Part shown: one piece after another, positions 50,284-62,000 of the stretch
How positions within the stretch are numbered: position 1 is the first letter of the stretch
Layout of the letters: every line of letters starts with the position of its first letter
From: Lytechinus pictus
Taxonomy: Eukaryota
Direction: 5' to 3'
DNA length: 64,000 bases
Assembly (NCBI RefSeq): GCF_037042905.1
Contig: NC_087250.1
Span: forward strand, 25,422,001 to 25,486,000
The notes under the pieces: model-generated
Databases searched by the model: none
Seen by the model: only the letters and a program-made list of their open reading frames with translations
What the model was told of the DNA's origin: nothing
Program-made: the position numbers and the translations under genes

Positions 50284-50789
50284 ATTTATCAAACTGATAT
50301 CAGACCAAGAGTCAGCAATGACCATAACATCGCCACTATCACCATCAAGACTGAAGGGACGAATAAAGGTCCGGTCGATGGAAATTGAATTTTATTGACA
50401 TAGTATGATTACTGTTAAAACGAGGGGAAAAAAGAGAGACGATCTAGTCAAACGAGCAAATTATGGAAAACTAAACAAAAAATATATATATAAAATTAGG
50501 AAAGATAAATAAAGTAAAATAAAAAAGTTGTTTGTGTTAAATATGATTCTTGATGAACTTGAAATGACTGATTTCAATCTGCTAACATAAAGCTTATTAT
50601 TAAACAGATATGGTATCATTATAATAACAGAGATTCGAAACCAGTTTGTCTTTTACTCAGATTTCCGTCAACAGGAAATAGATCGCAGTGGTACTGCATA
50701 TGTGTGACCTGACAGGAATTTATTCCTTGAAACACAGAAGCGCAAGTCACAGTTGCTCGACTAAATAGGCTGCATTTTATTGTAGAGCG

Positions 50790-51150
50790 TTTAGACAAGG
50801 CCACCCTAAAAAAATTTTAATTTTAATAAAAACAAGAGAAAAATCCAACAAACATAACACTGAACATATCATTAAAACTGGATGTAAATTATGACATACC
50901 AAAGTTTCGCTTAATTTCACAAAACCTTTATATGCACATCCTGGTCGGTATCATGATGCAAAGAAGGAGTCTGATGATGTCATCCACTCACTATTTTTTT
51001 GTATTTTATTACATGAAATATTCTAATTTTCTCCCCATTGCCAAGTGAAAAAATGATTACTCCCTCCCTGAACATGTGGAATAAGCATTGTCACAAGTCA
51101 AGTTCCTAAATTGTCATTTTTCAAAAAATATATAAAGAATGAAAAAAAAA
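50790..51150 (+). mobile_element. Partial degraded Kolobok-like MITE
   Basis: Matches the left ~350 bp of 52990-53596. Confidence 0.7.
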
Positions 51151-51342
51151 ATGTTTATTTTTCAAAGAGGGTGCATCGTGGTCTGCTGTGCAGGGAGCTG
51201 GGAGCAAAGTTTTAAGAGGGGTCCCTCGTAGTATGCTGTGCATAGCACTGGGAAAGATTTTTTTACGTGTGTGTGCCGTGTCGTATGTTGTGCAGGCGCT
51301 GGGAATAAATTCTTAACAGGGCGTGCCTCGTAGTCTGCTCTG

Positions 51343-52849
51343 CAGTGGCGTACCGTGGGTCATGGTACGAGGGTAGTCTACAACTGTAGACCCACATCTG
51401 CAGTGTGTGTATCACAGCTGATTCAAGGAGTCTGCATAGCAGACTAGGTCTACTGGAGCTGCAGATGTGTGTCTGAAATGGCTCGCTTCGCTCGACCTTT
51501 CAGGCTGGTTTTGCAGATCCCACTTCACGAGCCATTCAGAGTCTGCATAGCAGACTAGTACTAGGGGGGGGGGGGGGCAGCAGCCAAAAATTTGAGTCAC
51601 CAAGTGAGCGCGCGAAGTGCGCTCTGTTCGCAGGTATACTGACCTAGTAGAGACATTTTTTAAGGACACTGCCATTAAACGGATATGTATCTCACTGATC
51701 AAATAATGTGAGCGCGAAACACGAGCTGAACATTTTTGATATTCAGACCTAAAAAAGGATATTATAAGCAAAGTTTTGTTATCATGAATCGTACCTGTCT
51801 CGCTAGATAAACAATACGAGTGCTAAGCGCAAGCTGAAATTTTTGTTAATTGACCCCAAACAGGGACATTTTAAGGACTATATTTAAGGAATCAATCAAG
51901 AGTATGCATATCTCACCATAGTCATCTAATGCAAGTGCCAAGCGCTTACTGATTTTGTTAGAATTACATCTAAACACGGGAAGTACTTGTAGTCATTGTA
52001 ATCAAGATCAACATACACATCTCACTAATGAAATATTGCGAGCGCGAAGTGCGAGCTGAAAATTCATTTGTTAGGAATTCACGAAGAATATTCGTTTTCA
52101 CTAATCAACTGATGGTCATTGTAATCATGATTATCATACACATCTCGCTAATCAAATATTGTGAGAGTGAAGCGCGAACTGAACATTTAGGAAATTCAGA
52201 AGGGCATTCATTCATGGCTTGTTTGTAATAATTTACTAAGACCATACGTATTTTACTAGCCAAATTAATGATGCGAGCGCGAAGGGCGAGCTGAAAATAT
52301 TAGATATTCCAGATCAGAAAAAAGGACATTTTAAGAACTGATTTTAGGAATTCATTAAGAGCACTGAGACATGTCTCACTAATCCACTAATGCGAACGTA
52401 AACACGGACAGAAAATGTTTTAAGACCTTGAAATGGGCCAATCACTTTAAGTAGTCATGAAAAAGAAGCATATCTCACTACATAAAGCAATAAAAACTCG
52501 AAGTGCAAGGAAATATCTTTGGTGTATATTGACTAGATTTGACAACGTCAGGTCTCTCAAATATACTTAAAATCTATAGTGTTCCGAATAAATGTTTGCC
52601 TATTATATCTAGTTGAACAGACATTGCGAGCACTAGGAACAATGAAGACATAGGCCCTGAGCAAATTATGTTACATAAAGTTATGAAAAAAATGTTTCAA
52701 ATGTATTAAATATACAGTATAACATTATTATTATATACATTTCTCTTCCTTTCTCCCTCTCTTTATCCATTTCCCGGTTTTTTTTTTTGCCAGCCGATGG
52801 GGGGGGGGGGCACGAGCCCCCATGCCCCCCCCCCGTAGTTACGCCACTG
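51343..52849. mobile_element. hAT-type non-autonomous element (CAGTGGCGTA family)
   Basis: CAGTGGCGTA...TACGCCACTG; 8-bp TSD CTGCTCTG/CTGCTGTG; homologous to 59004-63998. Confidence 0.85.
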
Positions 52850-52989
52850 CTGCTGTGCATGGACATGGGAACGTTTTTTTTTTTTTTTACAGGGTGCCTC
52901 GTAGTCTGCTATGGAGTGTCCTGGAAACAAATTCACAACAACGAGTGCCTCGCAGTCTGTTGTGCAAGGCCCTGGGAACGAATTCTTAA

Positions 52990-53596
52990 AGGACAAGTCC
53001 AGCCCAACAAAAACTTAATTTGAATAAAAAGAGAAAATTTCAACAAGCATAACACTGAAAATTTCATCAAAATCGGATGTAAAATAAGAAAGTTATAACA
53101 TCTTAAAATTTCGCTTCATTTCACAAAACAGTTATATGCACATCTCGGTCGGTATGCAAATGAGGGAACTGATGGCATCACTCACTCACTATTTCTTTTG
53201 TATTTTATTATATGAGATATGAAATATTTTTATTTTATCGTGATTGTCATGTGAAATGCAGTTTCATTCCTCCCTGAACACGTGGAATTCCATTATTTTA
53301 CCATTTTGTGCTTCAGGCAAGGAGGTCCTAATCATCAAATTCGTAAAAGTTGAAATATTGTATTATTCAAACAATAAAAAACAAAAGAAATAGTGAGCGA
53401 GTGAGTGACATCATCGACTCTCTCATTTGGATATATCTGGCTCGTTCATATAACTATTTTGTTGAAAATAAGCGAAACTTTGAAATGTCATAACTTTCTT
53501 ACTTTACATCCGATTTTGATGAAATTTTCGGCATTGTGCTTGTTTGATTTTTCTCTATTGATTCAAATCATCATTTTTCTAAGGTGGACTTGACCT
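52990..53596 (+). mobile_element. Intact Kolobok-like MITE
   Basis: TTAA TSD, AGGACAAGTCCA / TGGACTTGACCT ends, and long imperfect inverted arms. Confidence 0.9.
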
Positions 53597-53874
53597 TTAA
53601 CAACGCATGCCTCGTAGTCTGTTGTGCAAGGCCCTGGGAACGAATTCGTAACAGAAAGTGTCTCGTAGTCTGCTGTCCAGTGCTCTGGTAACTATTTTTT
53701 TTAAAGAGGGATCCCTCGTAATCCGCTGTGCAGGGCCTTTGGAGCGATTTTTTTTCATCAGTGTGTCTCGTAGTCTGCTGTGCATGACTTAGGGTGTGTT
53801 TATGCTTCCATTGCGAGGACAGAATCAGCGTTTTCAAACGCCGATTCAAAACGCCAATCGTGATTTTTAATCAC

Positions 53875-54930
53875 GGTGAATCAATTAAGGAGGTACAAAA
53901 GTATTTGCAAGATGATTTTGATTCAATAAGTAAATGGCTAGACTTAAATAATATGCATTTACACCCGCAAAAAACAAAAGCCATGGTATTTGGTCAAAAG
54001 AAAAAGTTGAGGGGTGCTCATTTGTCAGTGAAATTCAGGAACATACAATTAGAAAATGTAAAAAAGATTAAATACTTAGGTGTCATGCTCGATCCGGGCT
54101 TGACTTGGTGCGAACATATTACTAATATCGTTTGTAAAATATCTCGGGCAATAGGTTGTGTAAGGCGGATTAAGCACTTACTGTCCTTTAATATCATGAA
54201 GAAGCTGTACTTTTCTATGATTTTACCTTACATTGATTACTGTATTACATCTTGGGGAAGCAGTGCAAAAATACATTTAGATAAGATACAAAAATTTCAA
54301 AATAAATATGCCAGAATGCTTTTGAAAAAAGATTATAATACATCACAAATTTCTTTGTTGCAGTCACTGAAGTGGCAATCAGTAGATCAGCGTATAAAAT
54401 ATCAGTATTGTGTTCTTGTATATAAAATAGTGAATGATTTAGTTCCAAATTATTTAAAACCTTTAGTATGTAAACGGCCCGTGAAATACAGGACACGGTT
54501 TTCTTTACGATGCCCCCTTCAGCTTCCCAAAGCTAGAATTGAACATAAAAGAAAATCTTTCGCATATGTCGGACCCAAATTATTTAATGCACTTCCTTCA
54601 AATTTACAAGTTTGTACCTCCTTGTTAGTTTTTAAAAAATTATGCAAAGCCTTTCATACGAATTGATAAAGAGCGAATTGATATTCCATTGATTTACAAT
54701 GCTATGTATGTTTAAATTGCCACTTCCCACTCTATATTTTGGTGTTAATTGTTTCTGATGTTAGATATTTTGTATTTTGTATTTTTGATGTTGTTTGTTG
54801 TTGTTGTTGTTGTTCATAGTTATCTTGACATGTATTTTAAACTGCAGGGCGCCTTTGTAAAGCAGTTTTAAGAACTGAACAGGCCTACCCTGCAGTATAA
54901 AATAAATAAAACAAAATAAAATAAAATATA
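53875..54930 (+). pseudogene. 5'-truncated CR1/L2-group LINE (RT C-terminus, 3' UTR and A-rich tail)
   Basis: LQDDFDSISKWLDLNNMHLHPQKTKAMVF, KYLGVMLD..LTWCEHI, YFSMILPYIDYC, SFAYVGPKLFNALP; (AAAAT)n tail. Confidence 0.9.
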
Positions 54931-55312
54931 TAAACGTGGTTCTGGGAGTGCTGTTTATGCTTAACTTTTCAGAGGCGAAATTACGATCTCCAGCTGACTT
55001 TGCATCGTAATTTTCGTTGATCAGGAAAGCGAGGTCACATTGGGCGCGCCTTTTTTCGAAATTTTTCCGAGTGTTGTTATGAAGAACGTACGTCAACTGT
55101 AATATAAACATCAAACAACTTCGTATATTTTAGTCATTGCATGGAGCTTCTTGATATAGCCATATAATTTCTACCATGGTGAAGATAATAGTAGGGAAAA
55201 ATAAAGAATATTTAGTCTACAAAATAATAAAATATATATTTGTTTATGCTACTGGGGGATCTGGCGATGTCTCCTCATTCTAACATTTGTTCCAGGGTTT
55301 TTTTGGGTGTAA

Positions 55313-55737
55313 ATACCTCAATGTTCATCGGGATGACAAATTGGAAGAGCAATACTATAGTAATAGTACTACATATGCAAAACAAGGGAGATGAGAAGTA
55401 ATTCGTGGAGGTAACATGCGACCATGGAGCAATTCGACTGTATTTGCCCGCGGATTTTCATCTCACCGGAAGCATGTACCAAAATTACGTCATTTAAACA
55501 CGTTTACGATCGTGGTTCTGTTTATACCTCAATGTTCATCGGGATGACAAATTGGAAGAGCAATACTATAGTAATAGTACTACATATGCAAAACAAGGGA
55601 GATGAGAAGTAATTCGTGGAGGTAACATGCGACCATGGAGCAATTCGACTGTATTTGCCCGCGGATTTTCATCTCACCGGAAGCATGTACCAAAATTACG
55701 TCATTTAAACACGTTTACGATCGTGGTTCTGTTTATA
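55313..55737. repeat. Tandem duplication, 2 x ~211 bp
   Basis: ATACCTCAATGTTCATCGGG... starts at both 55313 and 55524; no differences seen by eye. Confidence 0.95.
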
Positions 55738-57281
55738 CTTCCCCAGAAAGCCTGATTCTGGTCAAACGACGTTTACAAACGCACCTTTTTGTGAGTTTAC
55801 GATCGGCGTTTTGAAACAGCGTTTAAATGAAAGTAAGCATGGACGCAACCGTGTTTTGGACTAATCACGTTTGGAAACGCTGATTCTGGCCTGAAAAGTG
55901 GAAGCATAAACACGGCCTAAGGGTACAATCGTTTCAACAGTGTGTTCCTCGTAGTCTGCTTAGCAGGGCCTTGGGTATACTTTTTTTAAACAGGGAATGC
56001 TGTTTAAATTTTGACAATCCGCCCAAAAAAAGTTTCAAAAATTGAATGTCGCTTGGTTCACCAGAAAATGGCCAACTGAAACAAGAAATAAAAAAAATTA
56101 ATGATAATAATAATAATAACGATAATAATAAAAGTAAATGAGTAAACAAATAATAATAATAATTTACAAAATAGGTAAACAACAAAAAATGTGCCGCTAC
56201 AAAACAAATATGATTTTGATTCAGTAAAACTATGACAAGCTAAATGAACAAAAGTGACTTTGGTATAATACACTACTGCTATCAAGAATACCTACTAGAT
56301 TTCCAGGGGATACTGCCTATAGATACAACATGTAAGATAATCAGTATATCCTCCCAGGTAAATCTGGGCGGGGTGTGGGCATGCTGCTCTGCAAACCCTT
56401 CACGTGAGTTAATGGTCTGAATGTGCAGTCTATTAGGCTTTGTGTACTGAATGCCCGGTCACTCAGTAAAAAGTAATTATGCTCTAGTCTTTGCGGGAGA
56501 CCCACTTGTTTGATCAAAGTTTTAGTCAGGTTTGGTACATGCAGACTACTCACCTCTTTGTTTCACCGGAAACTAAACAAGGCGTGAACTATTTAGAGCT
56601 TGACTTCGTGACTGCCATGAAAATCACCTTCAAAGTCATTTCCGAATACTGTTTTGCCCACGTCACCTACATATGGAAATTTCACGTAGTCTGTATCATC
56701 AAATCAGAGAAGAGGAGCACTGATCCCAAAGTAATCATAACTGTGATCTACAATCGGCATTATATCCTCAGGCAAAAAAAATTAAATGAGACGCAAAACT
56801 CGTGTTGCCTTCAACGGACACACCTTCAACTGTTTCGAATGTCTTTTCTTACACGACTAAGAATCTCATATTTTTGTAAATAATAAATATTATATTACCT
56901 AGACCTATATAATCGTGAAATGTATTGGACTATCTACTTATGAACTATTATAATCTACTTCAAGACATCGGCGGAATTTCAGAAGTCTTTTCGGACAAAT
57001 ATACGTCAAGATTCATGCATTGAGAGGGAGATGCACTATTCATGGCAGTCGGGAGACAGACGAGATTGAGCTTTTGTGTCCTTCCTTGTTAAGCAACAAT
57101 TTACAAGTGAGTATGACTATTCAGAATAACAAGGTTTGTGAAAAGATGGGGTAAAGATAGATATAAATATGAAATAAGAATGAAACGATGAAGAGGCCGG
57201 GTAGGTGAAAAAAAATCTAAGCCTACCCTCCCTAAAAAATAGCCGACAAACAGTTGGAAATATGGTGTTTTTTCAATATAC

Positions 57282-57985
57282 AGGATGGCTCAGTGGTACA
57301 GCGCCCGCCTTATGAATGGGAGGTCGTGGGTCCGATCCTCGGCCGAGCCATACCAAAGACTTATAAAAAAAATGAGACCCTCTCGGGGGGGGGGGGGGGG
57401 CACTCAGTATATAATGCAAAGTGGGTATGTAACGCGGAGGGGACCCCCATTTTTACACTCAAATTTCCGTTCCAAGGTATAGCATTTTTGTCTTATTGAG
57501 AACAAGAACCAAGAAAGCCGCTACAAATCATATAGCATTTTCTTCTCATCGAGAAAAAAAGAAGAAAAAAATCCGCTCCAAAGCTTCGCATATTTTCCGT
57601 TACGCCGTTCCGGTCGCATTGATGTGCTACAATGAGTCGCAATTTTGGGGTAAAGCGGCCGCAGAGCGCTGTCCGACCATCGCCTCTCTGCGCTAGCGCA
57701 CCCGGCGCCCGTGCTGCCGGGCTAGCTGCATACACGTTCCATAGGGATGCATACCTACTCACACACAGGCGACCCGTTCCAAGGACCCCCGTTTTCACAA
57801 ACATTTGTAGTTCCGAAGCCCGGCCGTTCCGAGTACCCTCCTTTTTTACAATTAGCCCGCTCCAGATTCCCCGTTATTTGTCTCGCCCGCGGCACATACC
57901 TACTACTTTTATGGTCGAGTGCCCCCCTGCCTTCGTGCTTCATTGGCGCTAAGCATTTGAATTGGAGGAGGGTAATAATAAAACA
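57282..57985 (+). mobile_element. tRNA-derived SINE (family C) interrupted by a GC-rich TIR element (~57380-57927)
   Basis: A box TGGCTCAGTGG and B-box-like GGTCCGATCCT. The insert has GGGGGCACTC / GAGTGCCCCC ends, and the SINE body appears to resume with TGCC...TTGGCGCTAAGCATT. Confidence 0.65.
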
Positions 57986-58098
57986 ATATTGACTGGCCTC
58001 GGGGCGATACGACACATATCGCCCAAACTAGATTTATATCGCCCGAGTCGTAGACTGCGCGGTTCAAGGACACGTACAAAAACGCGTAGAATACCGGG

Positions 58099-59003
58099 AT
58101 GTTAAAGATGTCACGGACGCAAAGAATTCATTGTCACACTTTGTCGGGAGCAAAGATTGATGATGTTATTGAATACTCTTCTTCAGTGCTTCGATCGAAT
58201 ATGCCGGATAGCGTGATCATTCATGAAGGAACCAACAACATTGAGAGTGATCACCCCTTGGAAATAGGTGCTAAGATGTCCTCATTGATCGACGAAATCA
58301 TCAACATCGCTTCAACAGTGAAGGATATCACGTTATCTTCTATCATTCACCGGTACAATGAGACACAAGATGACTACTTAAAAGTTGAGAGCGCTTAACC
58401 GCCAGCTGAAACTTCTAGCCAATGAGAGGAAGGCTGACTACGTAGACAATGACAACGTTGATCCTTCGATGCATCTCGACGGTGATGGCGTTCACCTCAA
58501 TAGACGCGGTGTTGTAATCTTCGCCACTAATCTCATCAACTCGTTGAGAAAGCAAATACCCAAGCCACAAGTTGAAGGTCGTTCAACGGATTTTCACTAC
58601 ACTCAACGCACAATAACAAAGAGAACTCCTCACAATCGGGTGTTCACACGTGATTGGGTGGACTCATTCAGGGCAACAAAAAAGGACTCTCTCGATACGG
58701 CAAGAAGACTACTGAATAAATAATAAGTCCTACTGAACGTTGTCTGACGCAATGCAATGTGGGTCTACCATCTTCTGCTTATGTACCGTCTTTGACCACC
58801 CGTGAAGGTCATGTCAACAAATTTGAACTAGAAAATGACTCAGTGTCCCATGATATGACTTTTAAAAATGCATACAAGGATTGTGCTTCTCAGTTAAATT
58901 ATTTTAAATGTCTTAAATGCGCACACATCAATGTCAGAAGCTTGATTCCTAAAATTGATGAATTAAGGTACCTTATTACTGAGCTAAAGTAAGATATCCT
59001 ATG
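58099..59003 (+). pseudogene. CR1/L2-group LINE 5' part: SGNH esterase-like ORF1 C-terminus and start of the ORF2 endonuclease
   Basis: SGAKIDD, VIIHEGTNN, DGVHLNRRG (SGNH-like blocks, frameshifted), then AHINVRSLIPKIDELR...DILC. Cut by the hAT insertion at 59004. Confidence 0.8.
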
Positions 59004-62000
59004 CAGTGGCATACCGTGGGTCACGGCATTGGGGGGGGGGGGGGCACCAGCATTTTGAGTCACTTAAAAATTTTTTTGAGTCACTTAGTGAGCGCGCTTC
59101 GCGCGCTCAGGTGTGAGGTATACTGACCTAATAGAGACATTTTAAAGAAGCACTTGTAGTCATTGTAATCATGAATAAAAATCCGCATCTCATCAATCAA
59201 ATAATGCGAGCGCGAAGCGCGAGCTGAAAATTTTTGATATTCAGACCTAAAAAGGGACATTATAATCGACTTTGTAATCATGATACGTACCTGTCTCGCT
59301 AAACAATGCAAGCGCGAAGCGCGAGCCGAAATTTCTGTAAACATTGACCCCAAACAGGGAGATCTTAAGGACTATATTATAGGAATAATCCCTTTATAGT
59401 ATACATATCTCACCATAGTCATCTAATGCCAATGCCAAGCGCTTGCTGATTTTGATAGAATTACATTTAAACACTTATGAAGCACAGTTTGTACTCATTG
59501 TAATCATGAATAACATACGCATCTCACTAATCAAATATTGCGAGCGCGAAGCGCGAGCTGAAAAATTAGGAAATTCAGACCTGAAGAGGGGCATTCTATA
59601 GCTTGTTTGTAGGAATTCACTAAGACCATACGTATTTAACTAACCAAATGATGCGGGCGCGAAGCGCAAGCTGAAAATTTTTGATATTCAGATCAGAAAA
59701 AGGGACATTTTAAGGACTGATTTTAGGAATTCACTGAGAGCAGACATATCTCATCAATCCACTGATGCGAACGTAATCGCGGACAGGAAATATTTTATAT
59801 TAAGACCTTAACATGGGGCAATCACTTTAAGTAGTCATGAAAAAGAAGCATATGTCACTAAAAAACAAGCATAAAAAGCAATAAGCACAAAACAATAATA
59901 TATTTGGTGTATATTGACTTGAAACGGGAGTTTTTCGTACAACAGGTTTATATACATGAATCTCTTTAAACAGACAATGTGAGCATTAGGAACAATGACA
60001 ACATAGGCCCTGAGCAAATAATTTTTTGATTTGATTTATTTTTTTTCCACATTTCAAAACCAAAACAAAGAATATACAAGTATAATATTTTTTCAATATT
60101 ACATAATAGGCAAATATTTTTTTAAACATAATGAATAATGCACATAGATCATTATAAAATATCAACTGTACTGTGAAATTATATCTATATATACATTTTC
60201 TTTGATTACTGAACATATATATAAAAATGTGGGAGACCTCCATCTTAAGCTTGGAGCTTGAAAGTGATGGAGGCCTCGAAAGGAAAGGGGATAGAAAACC
60301 AGATTGTATGGTGCAATAAAAGAGACTTTTTATTGCACAAAATAATAGGAATATATCAAAAGTGGATAGAGAAATTTGATTGAGAGAAGATTAATAACGT
60401 TGATAAAAGTGAAAGTGCAAGTGCAGGTGTGCGAGTGTGCATGTGCAAGGGGGGGGGGGATTACACAGAAAGATTTTAGAAATTATAGCTTGACAGCGTA
60501 TTTCTTTTCAGAACAGCTTTGAATGAATAAAGTAATGTGCATAGCTTAATGTCATGTGATAAATCATTCCACAAATCCGCACCGTAATGTCTAATTGATT
60601 TGTGTGTTATTATTAGTTTTGGATTTGTTAAATGAAAGTTTGTGGAGTTTCGTGTTGGATAAGAATGGATGGTGTTGTTCAGGGTGAACATATTTTGAAA
60701 GGAAGGGGGAAGTAATCCCTTTTTGTATTTGAACATGAATATAGCAGCATGAAATGTATTTATATCTGAAATTTTTATATGTTTTAATTTAAAAAATAAA
60801 GGATTAGATTTAGCAAGATATTGTGATCCTGTGCAAATACGGACTGCTCTTTTTTGTAATTAGAAAATCGGATTAAGTTTCGTTTTACCACAATTACCCC
60901 AAACTATATTACAATATGATATGTGAGGAAGCACCAAAACATTATAAAGTAAAAAGAGAGTTTTTTCAGGTAATATGTATTTTAATTTGGAAATTATTCC
61001 AACACCTTTGGACACGGAAGTTGTGACTTGGCTTAAATGGTTATTCTAGGATAAATTTTCATCAATAGTTACCCCTAGAAACTTTGAATGTTGTTTTTGC
61101 TGTAGAGATACGTTATCAATATTTATCGTTATTGTATTGTTAACACCAGGTGTATTGTAATGCTTAAAGTGCATAAAATGTGTTTTGTTTATATTTAAGG
61201 ACAATTTGTTGCATTTGAACCAAGTAGATACTTTACATAATTCAACATTTAAAGTAGATATTACAGTTTCTAGTTCTGTGTGAGCATAACAAATATTAGT
61301 ATCATCTGCAAAGAGGATAAACGATAATAAGGCCGAAGTATTTGATATATCATTGACATATAATAGAAAGAGGAGCGGCCCCAAAATTGACCCCTGAGGC
61401 ACACTGCATTCGATAGTTTTAAAGGTTGAATCTAGTCCATTAAATGTAACATATTGTTGTCTGTTTGATAAGTAATTTTCTAACCATCTGTGTGCATTTC
61501 CACGTATTCCGTATAAATGTAGTTTGTGAAGTAATATTTTGTGATTAAGTGTATCGAAAGCTTTGCTTAGGTCCAAAAATATTCCAATAACATGTTCTTT
61601 ATCAGCCATCGCTTTAGTAATTTTGTCGTAAATATTTACTAGCGCTAAATCTGTAGAGTGATTTTTCCTAAAATCATATTGATTTTGATTCAATAAATTA
61701 TGCAAGTTTAAAAAATTGTACAATCGTGTGTATATTATTTTTTCTAAGATTTTGGATATACTACAAAGTATAGAAATTGGGCGGTAATTACTTATTTCAT
61801 GAGGATCATCTTTTTTGTAGATCGGGGTAACTTTTGCAATTTAGAGTAGGTTCGGACAAACACCTGATGATAAAGATTGATTAAAAATATAAGTTATGGG
61901 ATCAACAATAGCATGAATAATTTCTTTAAGCATAGATGTACTTATCCTATCATGTCCTTGCGACTTACTAGAGTTTAAGGATTTCGTAATGTTAATGAGT

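Larger units (their letters stand above)
53792..55917. mobile_element. Harbinger-type non-autonomous element containing a LINE 3' fragment
   Basis: TIR GG..GTGTTTATGCTTCCA...CAGAATCAGCGTTT.CAAACG; TTA/TAA flanks. Confidence 0.85.
51165..55995. repeat. ~55-bp tandem repeat (GTGCCTCGTAGTCTGCTGTGCAGGGCCCTGGGAA...) split by three insertions
   Basis: Units at 51165-51342, 52850-52985, 53601-53790 and 55940-55995. Confidence 0.8.

Noticed and set aside
51165..55995. 55-bp repeat as a repeat-spacer array
   Set aside because: The variable parts are degenerate versions of each other, so it is a diverged minisatellite split by TE insertions.
56340..57110. Possible decayed L2-type endonuclease (LNARSL-, GRGVG- and VIY-like words)
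   Set aside because: The motifs are short, out of the expected order and in different frames; too weak to call.
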